Positions 1 through 12,865 of a DNA stretch of 64,000 bases are shown piece by piece. The notes beneath the pieces are model-generated. The model saw only the letters and a program-made list of their open reading frames with translations. It was not told where the DNA came from and made no database searches. Source of the stretch: Negaprion brevirostris (taxonomy: Eukaryota); the NCBI GenBank assembly GCA_030324005.1, contig JARDVH010000106.1, positions 28,197,315-28,261,314 of the forward strand, in the 5' to 3' direction. Position numbers and translations under genes: made by a program. Numbering within the stretch: position 1 is the first letter of the stretch; each line of letters opens with the position of its first letter.

Positions 1-329
1 CTTGGGCAGGATCGCATGAACCTCAAACAGTTGTGCTGGTAAAATTTCACCGATGAAATACAGCTAAAATTACTGGGATGGAGAGCAATATTTTTTGTAT
101 GTGAGAAAGCACTTAAACACCTTACTTGACAGATAATCTAGTTCTATCAGTCAAAATTATGGTTAGTGCAGATGAGTATTCACTCGTAACAGTGAAAAAC
201 AATGAATATTAGAGCTGCTGAAAATTATGATAGATGTCATCCTGATTTGCTACATTTACTAATTTGCCATAGTCAGTCGATACTGGATCCAAAACAGCAA
301 CTGGCCATACAACCACTAAATAAAAATGA

Positions 330-402
330 GTTGGACGTTAGCCTGGTGTTGTGAGACTTCTTAGTCTGCCCACGCCAGTCTAAGCTGACATCTCCACATC
401 AT
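330..402 (+). mobile_element. Penelope-like element terminal-repeat fragment
   Basis: ttggac...cctggtgttgtgagacttctta...catctccacatc matches 8489-8560 of the larger copy. Confidence 0.55.
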
Positions 403-870
403 AAATAAAAATATACTGTTAAAAGTCCCATGGAATATTTGCAATTAAATGAATTATTGCAGTTCATTCATTTTATAAATACCTAAACAATAGCCACACA
501 GAGAGCTTATTAACTGAGTAGGAGGTTGTATTCCTGGTATTATTGAGCTAAACATGTTGGCCTACATTTTATGAATGTAATACTCCTAGTAATTTCTGCA
601 TTTTCATGAATTACCATTGGCATTTTTACTCAAGGCTCAATAAATGATGTACTAACTTGGAAGCCCTGATTCTTAATAGTGTTTTAGCTACTTGGAGTGC
701 TAACCTTTCCTTCCATGAGTTCTCATTTACATTTGTTGCAAAGTACATGAAGGTCAGGTGCTTATCTTTTGACAGCATTGATGGTAGAAGAAAATATATT
801 CTTCACAAAGAGTTTTAGCTCTGCAATTAAATTTGAAAGTACTAATTAACAGTTTCATATGTTCACAGTT

Positions 871-1210
871 GGGAAGACAAGGGCCTAGTGGTATTATCGC
901 TACACTATTAATCCAGAAACTCAGCTAAGGTTCTGGGAACTTGGGTTCAAATCCCGCCACGGCAGATGGTGGAATTTGAATTCAATAAAATGTATCTGGA
1001 ATGAAGAATCTACTGATGACCGTGAAACCATTGTCAATTGTTGGAACAATACATCTGGTTCACTACGGTCCTTTAGGGAAGGAAATCTGCCATCCTTACC
1101 TGGTCTGGCCTACGTGCGACTCCAGCACCAGAGCAATGTGGTTGACTCTCTCAAGCACTAAGAATGGGTAATAAATGCTGGCTAACGTCCATGTTCCATG
1201 AATGTAAAAA
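871..1210 (+). mobile_element. tRNA-headed SINE (family A)
   Basis: A box-like tagtggta and B box ggttcaaatcc; body cctttagggaaggaaatctgccatccttacctggtctggcctac recurs at ~7790, ~17075 and ~39885. Confidence 0.75.
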
Positions 1211-1279
1211 AGCTAAGAAGCTGCCTTTTTGACATAATTTTTGAAATATCAAAAATGAATTTTTAAAGTTTGTTTACAG

Positions 1280-1830
1280 TCTTAAAATTTTACAGCACAA
1301 AAAGGCCCTTTGGTCCATAATGTCTGTGCCAACTATCAAGCATCTATTCTATTCCCATTTCCAGAACTTGGTCTGTAGCCTTGGATGCTATGGCGTTTCA
1401 AGTGCTCATCTAAATACGTCTTAAATGTTGTGAGGGTTCCTGCCTCCACCACTCTTTCAGGCAGTGAATTCCAGATTCTCACCACCCTCTGGATGAAAAA
1501 AGTTTTTCCTCAAATCCCCTCTAAATTTCCTATCCCTTACTTTAAATCTATGCCCCTGGTTATTGATCCCTTTGCTAAGGGTGAGGAATAGTTTCTTGCT
1601 ATCTATACCCTAATAATTTTATACACCCAATCAGGTCCCCCGTTAACCTTCTCTGCTCTAAGGAGAACAGCCCCGTCCTGACCAGCCTTTCTTCCAAGCT
1701 TCCTGCACTGTTTATAGGACAATCGCATTCATTCTATAGCATGGTGACCAGAACTGCACAGCTGTGGGCTAACAACCCTTTTTTTCAGCTCCATCATAAC
1801 TTCCCTGTTCTTAATATATTTCAACTTATT
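1280..1830 (-). mobile_element. CR1-type LINE 3' fragment
   Basis: Reverse complement of a typical CR1 3' end (gaattccagattctcaccaccctctgg, cctgcctccaccactct, ggccctttggtcc). Confidence 0.7.
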
Positions 1831-2975
1831 CCATGTGTACCTGCCAATTATCCATCTGGTCTATCACATCTTATTTAAAAGTGAAATATTTAAAGCATTT
1901 TACTTCCTGGTTTGCACTCTGAATACACTTCCACATGATTNNNNNNNNNNNNNNNNNNNNNNNNNNACCAGGAGGTCCCCTTGACTTGTCACAGGTTCAA
2001 ACTCACATTTGAAAAGAAAAATCCACAACACAGTGATCAGTGATCTTTCTGGGCAGGTTTTTTGAAGATGGGTAAGTACTACTGCCTTACCATTAACCAC
2101 AAAATTCAGACCAATAATAGTCTTCATTGTGACCATTTTAAAGTACAAGGTAAGCTGTGGTATCTCTTTAACTATGTCACAATATTTCACCCTAACTGGC
2201 TAGACTTGCATGTTTTTGATTTACTCAAAACATTTCTAAGCAATTGTAAGACTGATTTTTTTACTGAACTCAAATCTGAAGCATTTAATGAATTTTGTTG
2301 CTTTTTACACAAGTGAAAGTTTTCAATGTTACAAATTATAGAAGGAAAATATCTGACACATAGTTACTTTGGTTGTCATAAAAAAGTAACACTAGCTCAT
2401 GAGGGTTCAAGCTCTTCTGTTCTCAAGGTTGAGTTGGACTTTTCTTTCTGTTGGCTTGTCCTCTCACCAGTTCAGAATACAAGCATTAAATAAACTGGTA
2501 TTTTTAAGAACATGCAGTTGTCTATTTGAAATCTATCCATACTCTTGTGTATAAAAGTTCTTTTAACTTACTATAAAAATCCAATAGTTAAATTTACAAT
2601 ACCTTATACATAACTTATGTCAATAAGATATGAAGAAAAATCATAGACTATTAAATCAAACTTTATTTTTTTTGTTTACTTAAAATAAATTTTGCTGAAC
2701 AAAAAGATGGTCACCACAAGTCACCTGATGTCAGAAATTATAAGGTGACCACTACAGCATTATATGGATTGCACTGGAAACATTCCTTGACATGTTGCTC
2801 ATGGAATCTCACACCTTGGACTGCCATTTTGAAAAGGAACTACTGAAAGGAAAAGGATGTCATTTGCACCTTTATAAGCTTACCCCTCTAGTGGACTGCA
2901 AGGGTCAATCAAGTCAGTAGTTAACTGGAACAGCGTCACTAATGTGGATAATGACTCAGGAGCTAATGATTGGGA

Positions 2976-3720
2976 TGTTATGAGCCATAAAACAAAAGCC
3001 TGATTCAGACACCAGATATCCATCTCTTAGTGAAATCATTGTGGAGAAAGGAGGGTCATTGTGACACAAGTGACTTCAGTTTGAAATCTCTTTATAAGTT
3101 TGAGAACTCAGAAGCAGGCCAGTCTGTTGATTTAACTCCAACCTGCAAGAAAGAAAACAACAAGACTGTGGGTTAACAAAGCAGCCTGTGACAACTCTCA
3201 GCATCTTGCAGTCTATTCATCTGGAAGCCTTTGATCACTGCTTCTCAAGCAACTAATTTTATGTACAGCAATTGCATGTCACTGTATTGCTGTCCATTTG
3301 AAAGAAATACTGAGCTGCTGTCTTCAGCGAGGAATCCGCTAGAACTGGAAAGTCTCCTTGGAGGAGCCCCATCTGGACTCTGGAAATCACGTGAATGGAT
3401 ATCTAGTTCTGCAGTTCATTTTATATTATTTATTTATTATTTAGTTATTTATTGTTGTAAACACCCTTCTTTTCATACCCTTCCCCTTTCGAGTATACTT
3501 CTACTGTGTGTTTGAAGTTGCAATCACTCCCTAGCTTTGAATGTATGAATAAACTAAACTTCAGAGAGCTTGCAGTAAGTTACATATATTAAAGAAACTA
3601 CACCAACAAAGGGTTTTTGGAATAAGCACCACTGCCTATTTTCAAAGCAAAAACATCTCTACTGACAGACAGATGGCGAGAGAATAACGGAATTCAGTTT
3701 TGTCCCTCTTTCCTGTGTGG
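2976..3720. mobile_element. Possible solo LTR
   Basis: Starts TGTTATGA, contains an internal AATAAA (~3549) and has LTR-like composition. Boundaries are uncertain. Confidence 0.3.
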
Positions 3721-3737
3721 AACATAAGCAAATGAGA

Positions 3738-3825
3738 CAAAAACAGAAAATGCTGGAAAATCTCAGCAGGTCTGACAGCATCTATGGAGAAAGAACGGAG
3801 CCAACGTTTTGAGTCTAGATACCTT
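3738..3825 (-). mobile_element. Penelope-like element fragment (second family)
   Basis: aaaacagaaaatgctggaaaatctcagcaggtctgacagcatct...aacgttttgagtc, related to 60205-60380. The minus strand has a decayed GAAACGTT hammerhead helix-III-like motif. Confidence 0.5.
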
Positions 3826-4069
3826 TGAATGGTTGTCTTGCTTCTATATAAGTAAATGACAGATGCTTTAGAAGGATCAAGTTTCATAAGCGTAGAGCAA
3901 CATTAAATTTATTTATTTTTGACTTGCTAAATCTGAAGAGAATAATGAGAGTTATATGAAAAGCATAATTGTAACCAAACACATTTAGCCTGCCAACCAT
4001 CTATTTCTATTTAAATATTGGAAAGGTCAAAGACTCTACCTCAAATTCTGTACCCTTGCCAACAATTCT

Positions 4070-4530
4070 GTCATCTTGCAGAGCCACGGTCTCAGGTTGA
4101 AACTATTTAAAACCTCTGTCCTTTCTGAGAACTAACTGAGATTCCACTGTAATATCCTTTCCATCTCATGGGCTCTGACTTTGATTCCTATAACATTGCC
4201 CCACCAGCTCTCCTGCCTCAACCCACTAGCCGCTAAAATTTTCATCCATCCTCCTCTCACCTACAGGCAAGACTGATCCACTGTCAGCAAGTATGGGCTC
4301 AGGGCATCCTTTGGGCTCTAATGTTGAGCTCCCTGAAAGACCATGGTAAAATGCTTACCCATCATCACTATGCTCACTGACCTATATTGGCTCCCAATAC
4401 CCTTGTACATCCAATTTAAAATTCTCATTATCCCTATCTCTGTGATCACATCAGCCCTCTGAGTACTCTGTATTGCTCCAATTCTAGTCTGTTTACTGCC
4501 TCGCACTTTCTGTTCTTCTTCAAGAAATTC
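4070..4530 (+). mobile_element. Decayed L2-type LINE 3' fragment
   Basis: cccatcatcactatgctcactgacctatattggctcccaata...caatttaaaattctc translates to IITMLTDLYWLPI...QFKIL, resembling the L2 ORF2 C-terminal HITP..LHWLP...FKIL motif. Confidence 0.55.
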
Positions 4531-5059
4531 ATTTAAGACTTTACATAAAACTTCAGAGATTAACGCATCTGATATTCCACTTGACTAACCATGTCTGGAA
4601 TTGTCAGAACTTTTGTCATCAGAGAATCAAAAATATCTCATTTTGGAAGGCAGTTTGGTAAACATTCTTTTTACCATGTTTATTGTGAAGAATAATTGAT
4701 ATTGAAGTTGCCTCCCTTCTTTTCCTTTTGAGAATGGGATTCCCCTTTAAAAATGAAATATGCAAAATAACCGCTTCTTTTCTGTCCCAATGTAAAAGTG
4801 AATTTTCACTTCTGTCTGCACAAGAAAATTACCTAAAGTAAATCCTTCCAAGCATGACATGGCCTAACACGCCAGTGAGTACTTTTATATCAAACCAATA
4901 GATGCCCCCAAAATTTCACAGGGCAAAATTATGCAACAATGTTCTGTTATGTCTTTCCGAATAAAAAAACATGTAAAATACAAAGCAGATCATTTTAGAC
5001 TCAGGAAGGGGTTGGTGGGACAAGGTTTCCTCTAAATCACGTGTTGCTGCAATTCTGAT

Positions 5060-6895
5060 GCATAAAATTATCCCATTTGTTTCTTCACATATAATAGCAG
5101 ATCCTCATGGCCACTACGTGATTGTATCTGGTAGTAAACAAGTAATTCTAGCCAACCTGTTTGAAATAATGCTCAGTTTTTTTTAACCAATTTTTTCACC
5201 TCTTTGCCTAACTTGCACAATCATCATCTGTCTCTGGGTGGTGGCTTCAATTATGGTTAAATACTTCACCTGAATGCCTTAACACTGGCTCATGCTCTGC
5301 TGCTAGATCGGCTTCTGTTTTTAACACCTTTATACAACTTTACGAGATTACAGATCCCTGGCATCTTCTTTTGCTACTGCAAGCGATTTTTCTTTTTTCT
5401 CTCCAGTTCATTATTATTATTCATGAATTTTTTTTCTGGAATTTTTTTTGGACACAACTTATTTCACTTTAAGACTCCAGTGAATATCATAAATTGTTAT
5501 ATCTGACCACGCCGCATTATCATCTGAAACTGAAACTGCCCTCTCAACGTACTTGCCTTTTGATCCTGATGAAGAATTTATTAACATTATTTCCCCCTAG
5601 ATTGGTTTGTACTTGGACTTCAGTAGAACCTCTGATCTTACTGTATCCACTATTTGAGAAGCATTTAAGGTTTATATCCATGGTCGAATTATTTCCTCCA
5701 CTGTAAACAGCACTCAAATTGCCTCTCCGAATTAGTTGAATTTATGCTCCAAGTTAACTGGCAATCCAAACACTGAGCATTATAAGGAAAGACTGAGGGC
5801 AAAATTTTCCCGATATAAAGAAAGGCCAATATTGGCAGAAAAAGAGGCACTGAAGCATCTAACAGCATCAGTGGCTTTCTTCAGTATATGGTCCAGAATC
5901 CCCCCCTCCCTCCATCCCCCACCATGCTCCCACCCCTGCACAACACTGCCCAGGCACTTCTCTAGCATTTCCTTGGCACTGTGCCTGGTACTGTCCCCTC
6001 TCAGTGCCAGGGCACCACCAGAGGCTGTGCCAGAGGGCCATACCCAGGCATGACCCCTCACCCTTGAATAATACAGTAACCTGTGCTCCTCTGGGGGACC
6101 TGCTCACCAGGTATAGGCTTGGGAGAGCAGTCAGATTTCATGTGTTCTGCCTTCACACCAACATGAATGGACTTTCTTACCAGGGTGGTGGCGGAGGATG
6201 GAAGTGATTCAGACATAGAGGCCTGATAATGAGGTGATAATGTATTCAAATGATGTTCCTGACTTTGAGTGTCAGGAAATGTATTACATTGCTTTTGGGG
6301 GAAGGAGAAAATAGCAGGCCCTGCTAATAGATCTACATTAAATAATGTCCTTTCAACTCAAGGAATAGATCAATCCATCACAACATTATGAAGTCATGAG
6401 GCTTGGATTTTGTGGTTTTTCTATTGATTTTTATTTAAAATTCTCTTCTCATTTATCACCCTTGCTTAGCTTCGTCTTCTCAGAATGGCTTTCTCACAGC
6501 ATTGTTCCTTTTACTTTAAGTCAGGCAAACAATTCACTATTACTGAAAAGAGGTAAGGACCAAATAGAGTGAAGCTCCTTTTGTCTTATATCTTGGCCAA
6601 ACACAGATTACAAAACACTAGCGAAGGCTTGTGCCCTCCCTTGGGAGCACATTTTGGCAGCTATTATCTCTCCTAATTAATTTAGCTTTATTAAGGATTG
6701 GCAGTCATTCTTTAATTTAAGGTGACTATTTAATATTATTTATTCTGAGACTCCTCCTCCTCTTCCAGAAGGTTTCATCTCGTTAGATACTGAAAAAACA
6801 TGCAACATTGTGGATGGGACCATTTATTCAAAGTTTTAGAAAAATGTGCTTTTTTTTCAATTTTTATCTTGTGGATTAATTTTTTTTATTAATCA
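5060..6895 (+). mobile_element. Decayed L1/Tx1-type LINE ORF2 (endonuclease and RT remnants), interrupted at about 5.8-6.4 kb
   Basis: DPHGHYVIVSG (~5100, APE endonuclease); QANNSLLLKRGKD...NTDYKTLAK (~6520-6630) and ISLDTEK (~6780) resemble RT motifs; multiple stops and frameshifts. Confidence 0.6.
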
Positions 6896-7789
6896 CCTGT
6901 AGGTTAAATCTGTCTCCAGTACAGTAGCTCCCAGAGAAGGATAGATCCTCAAACAGCAGAACTTCAGAGAAATAGCTTCTGGAAGATCCCAATCTCCAGA
7001 CTTCAGAGACTCAGAGCTATTTGTTCTTTCTACAGTTCTCAAAAAGCAACTGACTCCATTTGTCTGTGTAAACCCAATCCCACCCAGTCACCTGACCTTA
7101 CTTGTCAATCAACCTATTCAAGCCCTACTCTGCAAAAACCCCAGGGGAAAACATTAAAATAACAGAACAACATTAGTCCATATTAAAACAAACATTCTAG
7201 CAATTAGGACCAATTATGCTATTGCAGTTACAACAGTGGCTGCCAGTTACAGTCCAAGTGGCATTGGTGTTAGAACAGACTGTTTAAAAATATACTGCAT
7301 AGAAACGTGATGCAAATACATTTCTTCGAGGCACAGTATCATCACACAAATCTATTTGCCCTAATATTGATACTTTTGAGGTGATTCCTGATGAGATAGC
7401 CATAGATCATTACCAGTCAGATGCCTTGGCCTTCCTTTCATTGCTTGCATGTTGACTTGTTTTATTCAATTGGAGGTTTGCTATTGCACCCTCCCACTCG
7501 CAATGAGTAAAGGAGATTATGATGTTTCTTGTACTTGTAAAGAATAAATATACTTTACTTGAATCAATTAAAAATTTGATTCAGTCTTGCAACCTTTTAT
7601 ATGTTATTTTGACAACCTTTCTTTTATGAGTAGAATAATTCTATCTATCTCTCTTCTCTTTTTACTATTTTTTTCACCCTTTTTCTTCTAACATTTTCTC
7701 TGCCTGTATTTTATGACTTACCTTTTTGTAAAAACAAATAAATAAAGTTTGAAAAAAATGGCCAGCTAATATAGTAATGAGTCAACATG

Positions 7790-8138
7790 GGTGATGGCAT
7801 AGCACTAATGTCACTGGCTTAATAATCCAGGGTAACTTCCTGGGTGCACAGGTTCAAATCCCAAAATGGTAGTTGGTGAAATCCAAATTCATTTAATAAA
7901 GCCGAAATATAAAGCTAGTCTCCGTAATGGCGATTGTGCCAACTTTCATCGATTGTTCTTCTCTGATTCTCTAATGTCATTTAGGATGGGAAATTTGCCA
8001 TCTTTACCTGGTCAGACTTGCATATGACTCCAGACCTACAGAAATGCGGTTGACACTTAACTGCCTTCTGAAATGACTCAGCCAGCCATTCAGTTCAAGA
8101 GCAATTAGGAATGGACTATAAATGCTGGCCTTGTCAGC
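7790..8138 (+). mobile_element. tRNA-headed SINE (family A)
   Basis: B box ggttcaaatcc at ~7851; body homologous to 871-1210. The 3' end is interrupted by the Penelope-like element. Confidence 0.7.
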
Positions 8139-8560
8139 TACAGTAAGAAGTCTCACAGCACCAGGTTAAAGTCCAACAGGTTTATTTGGTAGTAAACGCC
8201 ACTAGCTTTCGGAATGCTGTTCCTTCGNNNNNNNNNNNNNNNNNNNNNNNNNNNNNNNNNNNNNNNNNNNNNNNNNNNNNNNNNNNNNNNNNNNNNNNNN
8301 NNNNNNNNNNNNCGCGAGTCTTTACAGCTAATCTTGAATCGCAGATTACTGTAAAGACTCGCGTTCTAATCAGTATTCTGTAAATTGTGTGTGCCTATAT
8401 ATGCACTGTTTGTGGTCAGAACTCCCCACTCACCTGACGAAGGAACAGCACTCCGAAAGCTAGTGGTGTTTACTACCAAATAGACCTGTTGGACTTTAAC
8501 CTGGTGTTGTGAGACTTCTTACTGTGTTTACCCCAGTCCAATGCCAGCATCTCCATATCT
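8139..8560. mobile_element. Fold-back Penelope-like element with inverted terminal repeats and hammerhead motifs
   Basis: 8140-8227 is the reverse complement of ~8438-8525; internal hairpin cgcgagtctttacag...ctgtaaagactcgcg at 8313-8363. Confidence 0.75.
8431..8465 (+). ncRNA. Minimal type I hammerhead ribozyme motif (Penelope-type)
   Basis: CAC-CTGACGA-A-GGAacagcacTCC-GAAA-GC-TA-GTG: core boxes CUGANGA and GAAA, stem I CAC/GTG, palindromic AGCU helix III, predicted cleavage after CUA (8462). Confidence 0.7.
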
Positions 8561-10019
8561 TGCCAGTTACACCCATGACAGCTGAAAGAATAAAAAAAAA
8601 GCAAGGAAAGAGTTAATGGAGAGAAAGAGATATGCGCTAAGTACAAGGACAGCAGAGTAGAGCAGGGGAGACTATGCAAAGATTAGAAAAAAGAAGTAAA
8701 AAAAAAATTAGAGGGAAAAGAAGAACCATGAAATTAAATGAAGGAACATAAAATAGAAAAATATTTTACAGGCACATAAAGAAAAAATGAAAGTTGCAGT
8801 GGAAATAGAATCATTTAATGATGGAAAGTTAACAATAATGAAGTGGCAGAAATTTAAAATAATAACTTTGCTTAAGTATGTCCCATGTAAACATGTCAGG
8901 TGAACATGTCACTGGATGGTAAGGTTAGAAATGAGAGGCTATAACTTCTGCTGGAGTGGCATTTGAGTTGGACTGACATTCCACTCACAGTTCCTTACTG
9001 GAAATCCTGCTGCTCCTATTTCACCTGGCTTTCTAAATCAGGTGGGGTGAAATTTGGGTAGCAATAGTAGGTCTTCTATCCAGGACTGCAGCATCAGAAA
9101 TAAGGAAGAGAAACCTCCTTTTTACAGCACTAGTTGCTATAAAGCAGGTAAGTTTATAGGTTCAGCCACTGAGATGCCAGAGAGAAGGTAAGTTTATAAA
9201 ATGTGAGCAGGATTGGGTCAGGACTGGGGGTTAGAGTTAAGGTGGCCCTGTGGGTGTTCTGCGTGTGGTTAGGGATGGGGTAGTCAAATAGTCCTGGAGA
9301 GGTTAAGGTCAGGGGGTGATCTGGGGTTGGGGTGGGAGCTTGTAGAGGGATCAGGAAGTGGAGTCCTGGGGCCAATGAGTGTTTGAGGTGGGGGTGTGAG
9401 GGGGGTGGGGGCTCTTATAAGGGTGGGGTGGGTCAATGTTATAGTTATCCAGAAGCTAGCACTGGTTATAATTCTTCAAACTTTTTCTGCTTAATTATTA
9501 CCATAACACAAACGGAATCATTTAAGGTTTTTGATTATTGGATGGTTCCCAGTGCAGAGCAATTGCCATCAGAAGTTTGAACTTCCTGGCCATGCAATCC
9601 TTACCTGGAAACTTGGGAACTTCCAGGGTCAGGCCCCGTCAAGATATTAGAGTAAAGGGGAAAATCAAGAATTGAGTAAAATCAAGTTAAAAATAAAACT
9701 GGAAGAGTTGGATATAAGGGGAACCAATAAGAGTGCAGCTGTTTAAAAGTGTTTTGATATGCAAAATGGCTTAGCATTAGTGCTTACCTAAGTGACCAGG
9801 GGGTGAACAATGGTGTATAGAAATAGCCACAAGAACTGTAGAACAGATGAATTCAAAGTGGAGAGCGTAGAATACAATTTGCATCTATATGCTGAAAGTC
9901 TAGTCCAGGTTATTATGGAGGAAGAATGACATCAAAGTGAAAAACAATATCTCCAATGCAGGGTTAATTGGTGACAGGAGGAGAGGAGAAGACAGATGCA
10001 AGATGGAATACTGAGATGC

Positions 10020-10660
10020 TTCTCTGTATCTATCATGTCAAGTCCCCTCAGAATCATATATGTTTCAATGAGACCACTTTCATTATTTTACATTTCTGAG
10101 AATATATACCCATTAATTCAGTCTCTCTTCAATGTACAGCCTAGTCATCCCAGTTAATCCTTTTGTATAGAAACCAAAATTGTACAGAATGCTCCAGGTG
10201 TGATCTCACCAGTATGATTGAAGTAAGATTGCCTTTCTCTTGCACTACAAACTCTATGCAACAAAGGCCAACATACCACTTTTTTCCCCTAGCAGTGCTA
10301 CATTTGCTATCTTCCAATCCAGCAAGACCATCACAGAAGCTTGGAAATTTTGGAAGATCACAAACAATGCATCCATTATCCCTGCTGCCACATTTTTGTT
10401 TTAATTGTAAGAATGTAGAAATCAGATCCAGAGAATTTTTACACTTTTGAATTCATTAATTTCCTCAGTTTTTTTACTTTAGTGAAACTGAGATGATGAG
10501 AAATTTCTTTACTCAAAGGGTTGTGATTCTTTGAAGTTCTCTACTCCAAAGGGCTGTGGATGCTCAGTCACTGGATATATTCAAGATCAGGTTCTGCAGA
10601 GAAAGGCCACATGTTCGATAGGCCAAATACCTTCCTTCTATGCTGCAATCATTCTATGAT
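10020..10660. mobile_element. Decayed CR1 fragments (minus strand, then a plus-strand tail)
   Basis: aaattgtacagaatgctccaggtgtgatctcacc (minus CR1); gagatgatgagaaatttctttactcaaagggttgtg...ctatgattctac (plus CR1 tail). Confidence 0.55.
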
Positions 10661-10671
10661 TCTACAATCTT

Positions 10672-10808
10672 CGTAAGAAGTCTCACAACACCAAGTTAAA
10701 GTCCAACAGGTTTATTTGGAATCATGAGCTTTTCGAGCGCTGCTCCTTCATCAAGTGAGTGATGAAGGAGCAGAGCTCTGAAAGCTCGTGATTACATAAG
10801 CATGTTGC
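10672..10808. mobile_element. Short fold-back Penelope-like element with two degenerate, oppositely oriented hammerhead motifs
   Basis: Same terminal repeat as 8140. Minus-strand motif at 10723-10757; plus-strand gTGATGAaggagcagagctctGAAAgctcgtg at 10759-10790. Confidence 0.65.
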
Positions 10809-12126
10809 TTTAAAAACAAGATGCCCTTCAGTATGGCACTCTTCTGATATGGTGTCTCTGAGGTCATACTTTCAAATGATGCTTTTGATAGGTACAACAT
10901 GACCAAGATCAAAAACGCCTAACGTTAATAGACTAGTTGATCTCAGATAAAAAGAAAACTTCTCTCTTTCTTCCTGTAATTATTTTCCATATGCCTCCTT
11001 CTTGCCAGTATTTTTCATCTCTCTGTTTATGCTAATCCACATTCATTATTGTTTTTTTCTGTCTCTGTACATGGTTCACATGCATTTTTTCCTAATCACT
11101 CATTCTGTCATCAAATCTTCCTATCTTCTATGTGCCTATTGGAACCACTAGAAATGGCATGGGCAAATTTGTAATTTTCTAGATATTCATTATGTTACAA
11201 ATGTTACTTTTTAAAGAAAATATGATGGAATGGGTGAGAGTCCATCATTATAGTTGTACTTCAGAGTCATTTTTTGCTACAATGTGATTAGGTTATGGGC
11301 AGTTAACCCACAACTTGGAGGACACATTCAGCTCGTTTGTTTCTGGCTGTATTCCAGCGAGTATCATTTTTTTTCTCTGAAGAGCTGAATTTGCAGTAGT
11401 GTGACTTACTGCTTGATATTGCTGATTGAGCAATTTCCCAGGAAATTATTTATTGAAACAGCAGTTTCCCAGGAAACTATATATTGGAACGGCATGATAA
11501 TCACTGCTAATAATTTTATGGATGACTGATGCCAACACTTGCATAACAATGCATGCTGACTTCTAAAGGTGCAGACATGCAGAAATATGAAGGAATGCAA
11601 GCTGTGTGTGTGAAAAACAAGGTGGAATTGATAAATTGAGAAAAATATCAAACGGAATTTATTTCAGTAAAAACTGATGCAAAAAAAATATTTTGCACTT
11701 TGCAAGCCCATAGCGATAAATGTCTGGTACATCCAGTGCTCATTGGTGATAACATGCAGCTGATAACTTGTTTAAATTTGTGGTGCAAGTGGTTGTGGAG
11801 AAGTGAAGTATACTGTAAATTGCAATGTAATTTGGAAAAGGTAAAAATTTCTCTAAAGATAATAGTACCTAATTGATAGGACCAAAAGTTGGTCCTCAAC
11901 TTGTGCAAACAAATTTGACTGTAAACTTGGAATTGGAAAGGATAAGGTTTCAAAATAAAGTAAGTTGCAATGGTGTTGATACATTTGTTATTTAAGAATG
12001 CAAGAGATAATAATTATTAAATACATTATGACAATTGTTAAACATCAAGTGGATATATAGGATGATGGATTGTAAGAAATTTTAAGTAACTTGCGTACAT
12101 AGAAATAATTAACCTAATTTCTGTAC

Positions 12127-12446
12127 TTCAGTACAATATTATTGAATGTTGCACTGTCAGAGGAGCAGCCTTTCAGATGAAACATTAAGTCAAGTCCCAT
12201 CTTGCCCTTTCTTGTGCGTGTAAAAAAAATTCACAGCATCATTTTGAAGAAGGGCATGAGGCTTGTTCCTGGTGACCTGGCCAATCCCCTAACTAACATC
12301 ATTCAAATACATTATCTAGCCATAATCACATTATTGGGTTGTGGGATTTTGCAGGGTCCAATCTAGCTGCTTCAGAAGTACTTAATTGGCTTTAGATGTC
12401 TTAAAATCATGAAAGGAGCAATATATAAATACAAGTTTGTTCTTCT
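12127..12446 (+). mobile_element. Deu-domain SINE (SacSINE1/AmnSINE1-like)
   Basis: cctttcagatgaaacattaag...ttttgaagaag...cctggccaat...cacattattgggttgtggga...aagtacttaattggct...tatataaatacaagt resembles the DeuSINE consensus as I recall it. Confidence 0.65.
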
Positions 12447-12865
12447 TAATAGGCAACATGGTAAGTGGTTTNNNNNNNNNNNNNNNNNNNNNNNNNNNNN
12501 NNNNNNNNNNNNNNNNNNNNNNNNNNNNNNNNNNNNNNNNNNNNNNNNNNNNNNNNNNNNNNNNNNNNNNNTGCTGAGCACCACCTCTCTAGTAACAATA
12601 ATGTCATCGAGACCTTCCAGTCCTGCCACCTTCCCTTCGCTAACACCCAGCCAATTATTGTCATTCTGTTCTCAACAATTGACTTCATTTTAATGACCTG
12701 CCTTCCTCATAGCTACAAGCAAAGTGCTTTCCATTGCTGTATATTCAGGAAATTATTGTACTGTAGTCTCACCAGGAGTATTCTGGAATTCCTTGAAGAT
12801 TGTGCTGTTGTTGATGCACTGTTTTTAATCACCAGAGTTGGTTTGTGGGCTGATGCTAAGAGCCA

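Noticed and set aside
871-960. tRNA-like A/B boxes here and at ~7790, ~17075, ~29014 and ~61795
   Set aside because: These are SINE heads that continue into repeat bodies; no complete cloverleaf.
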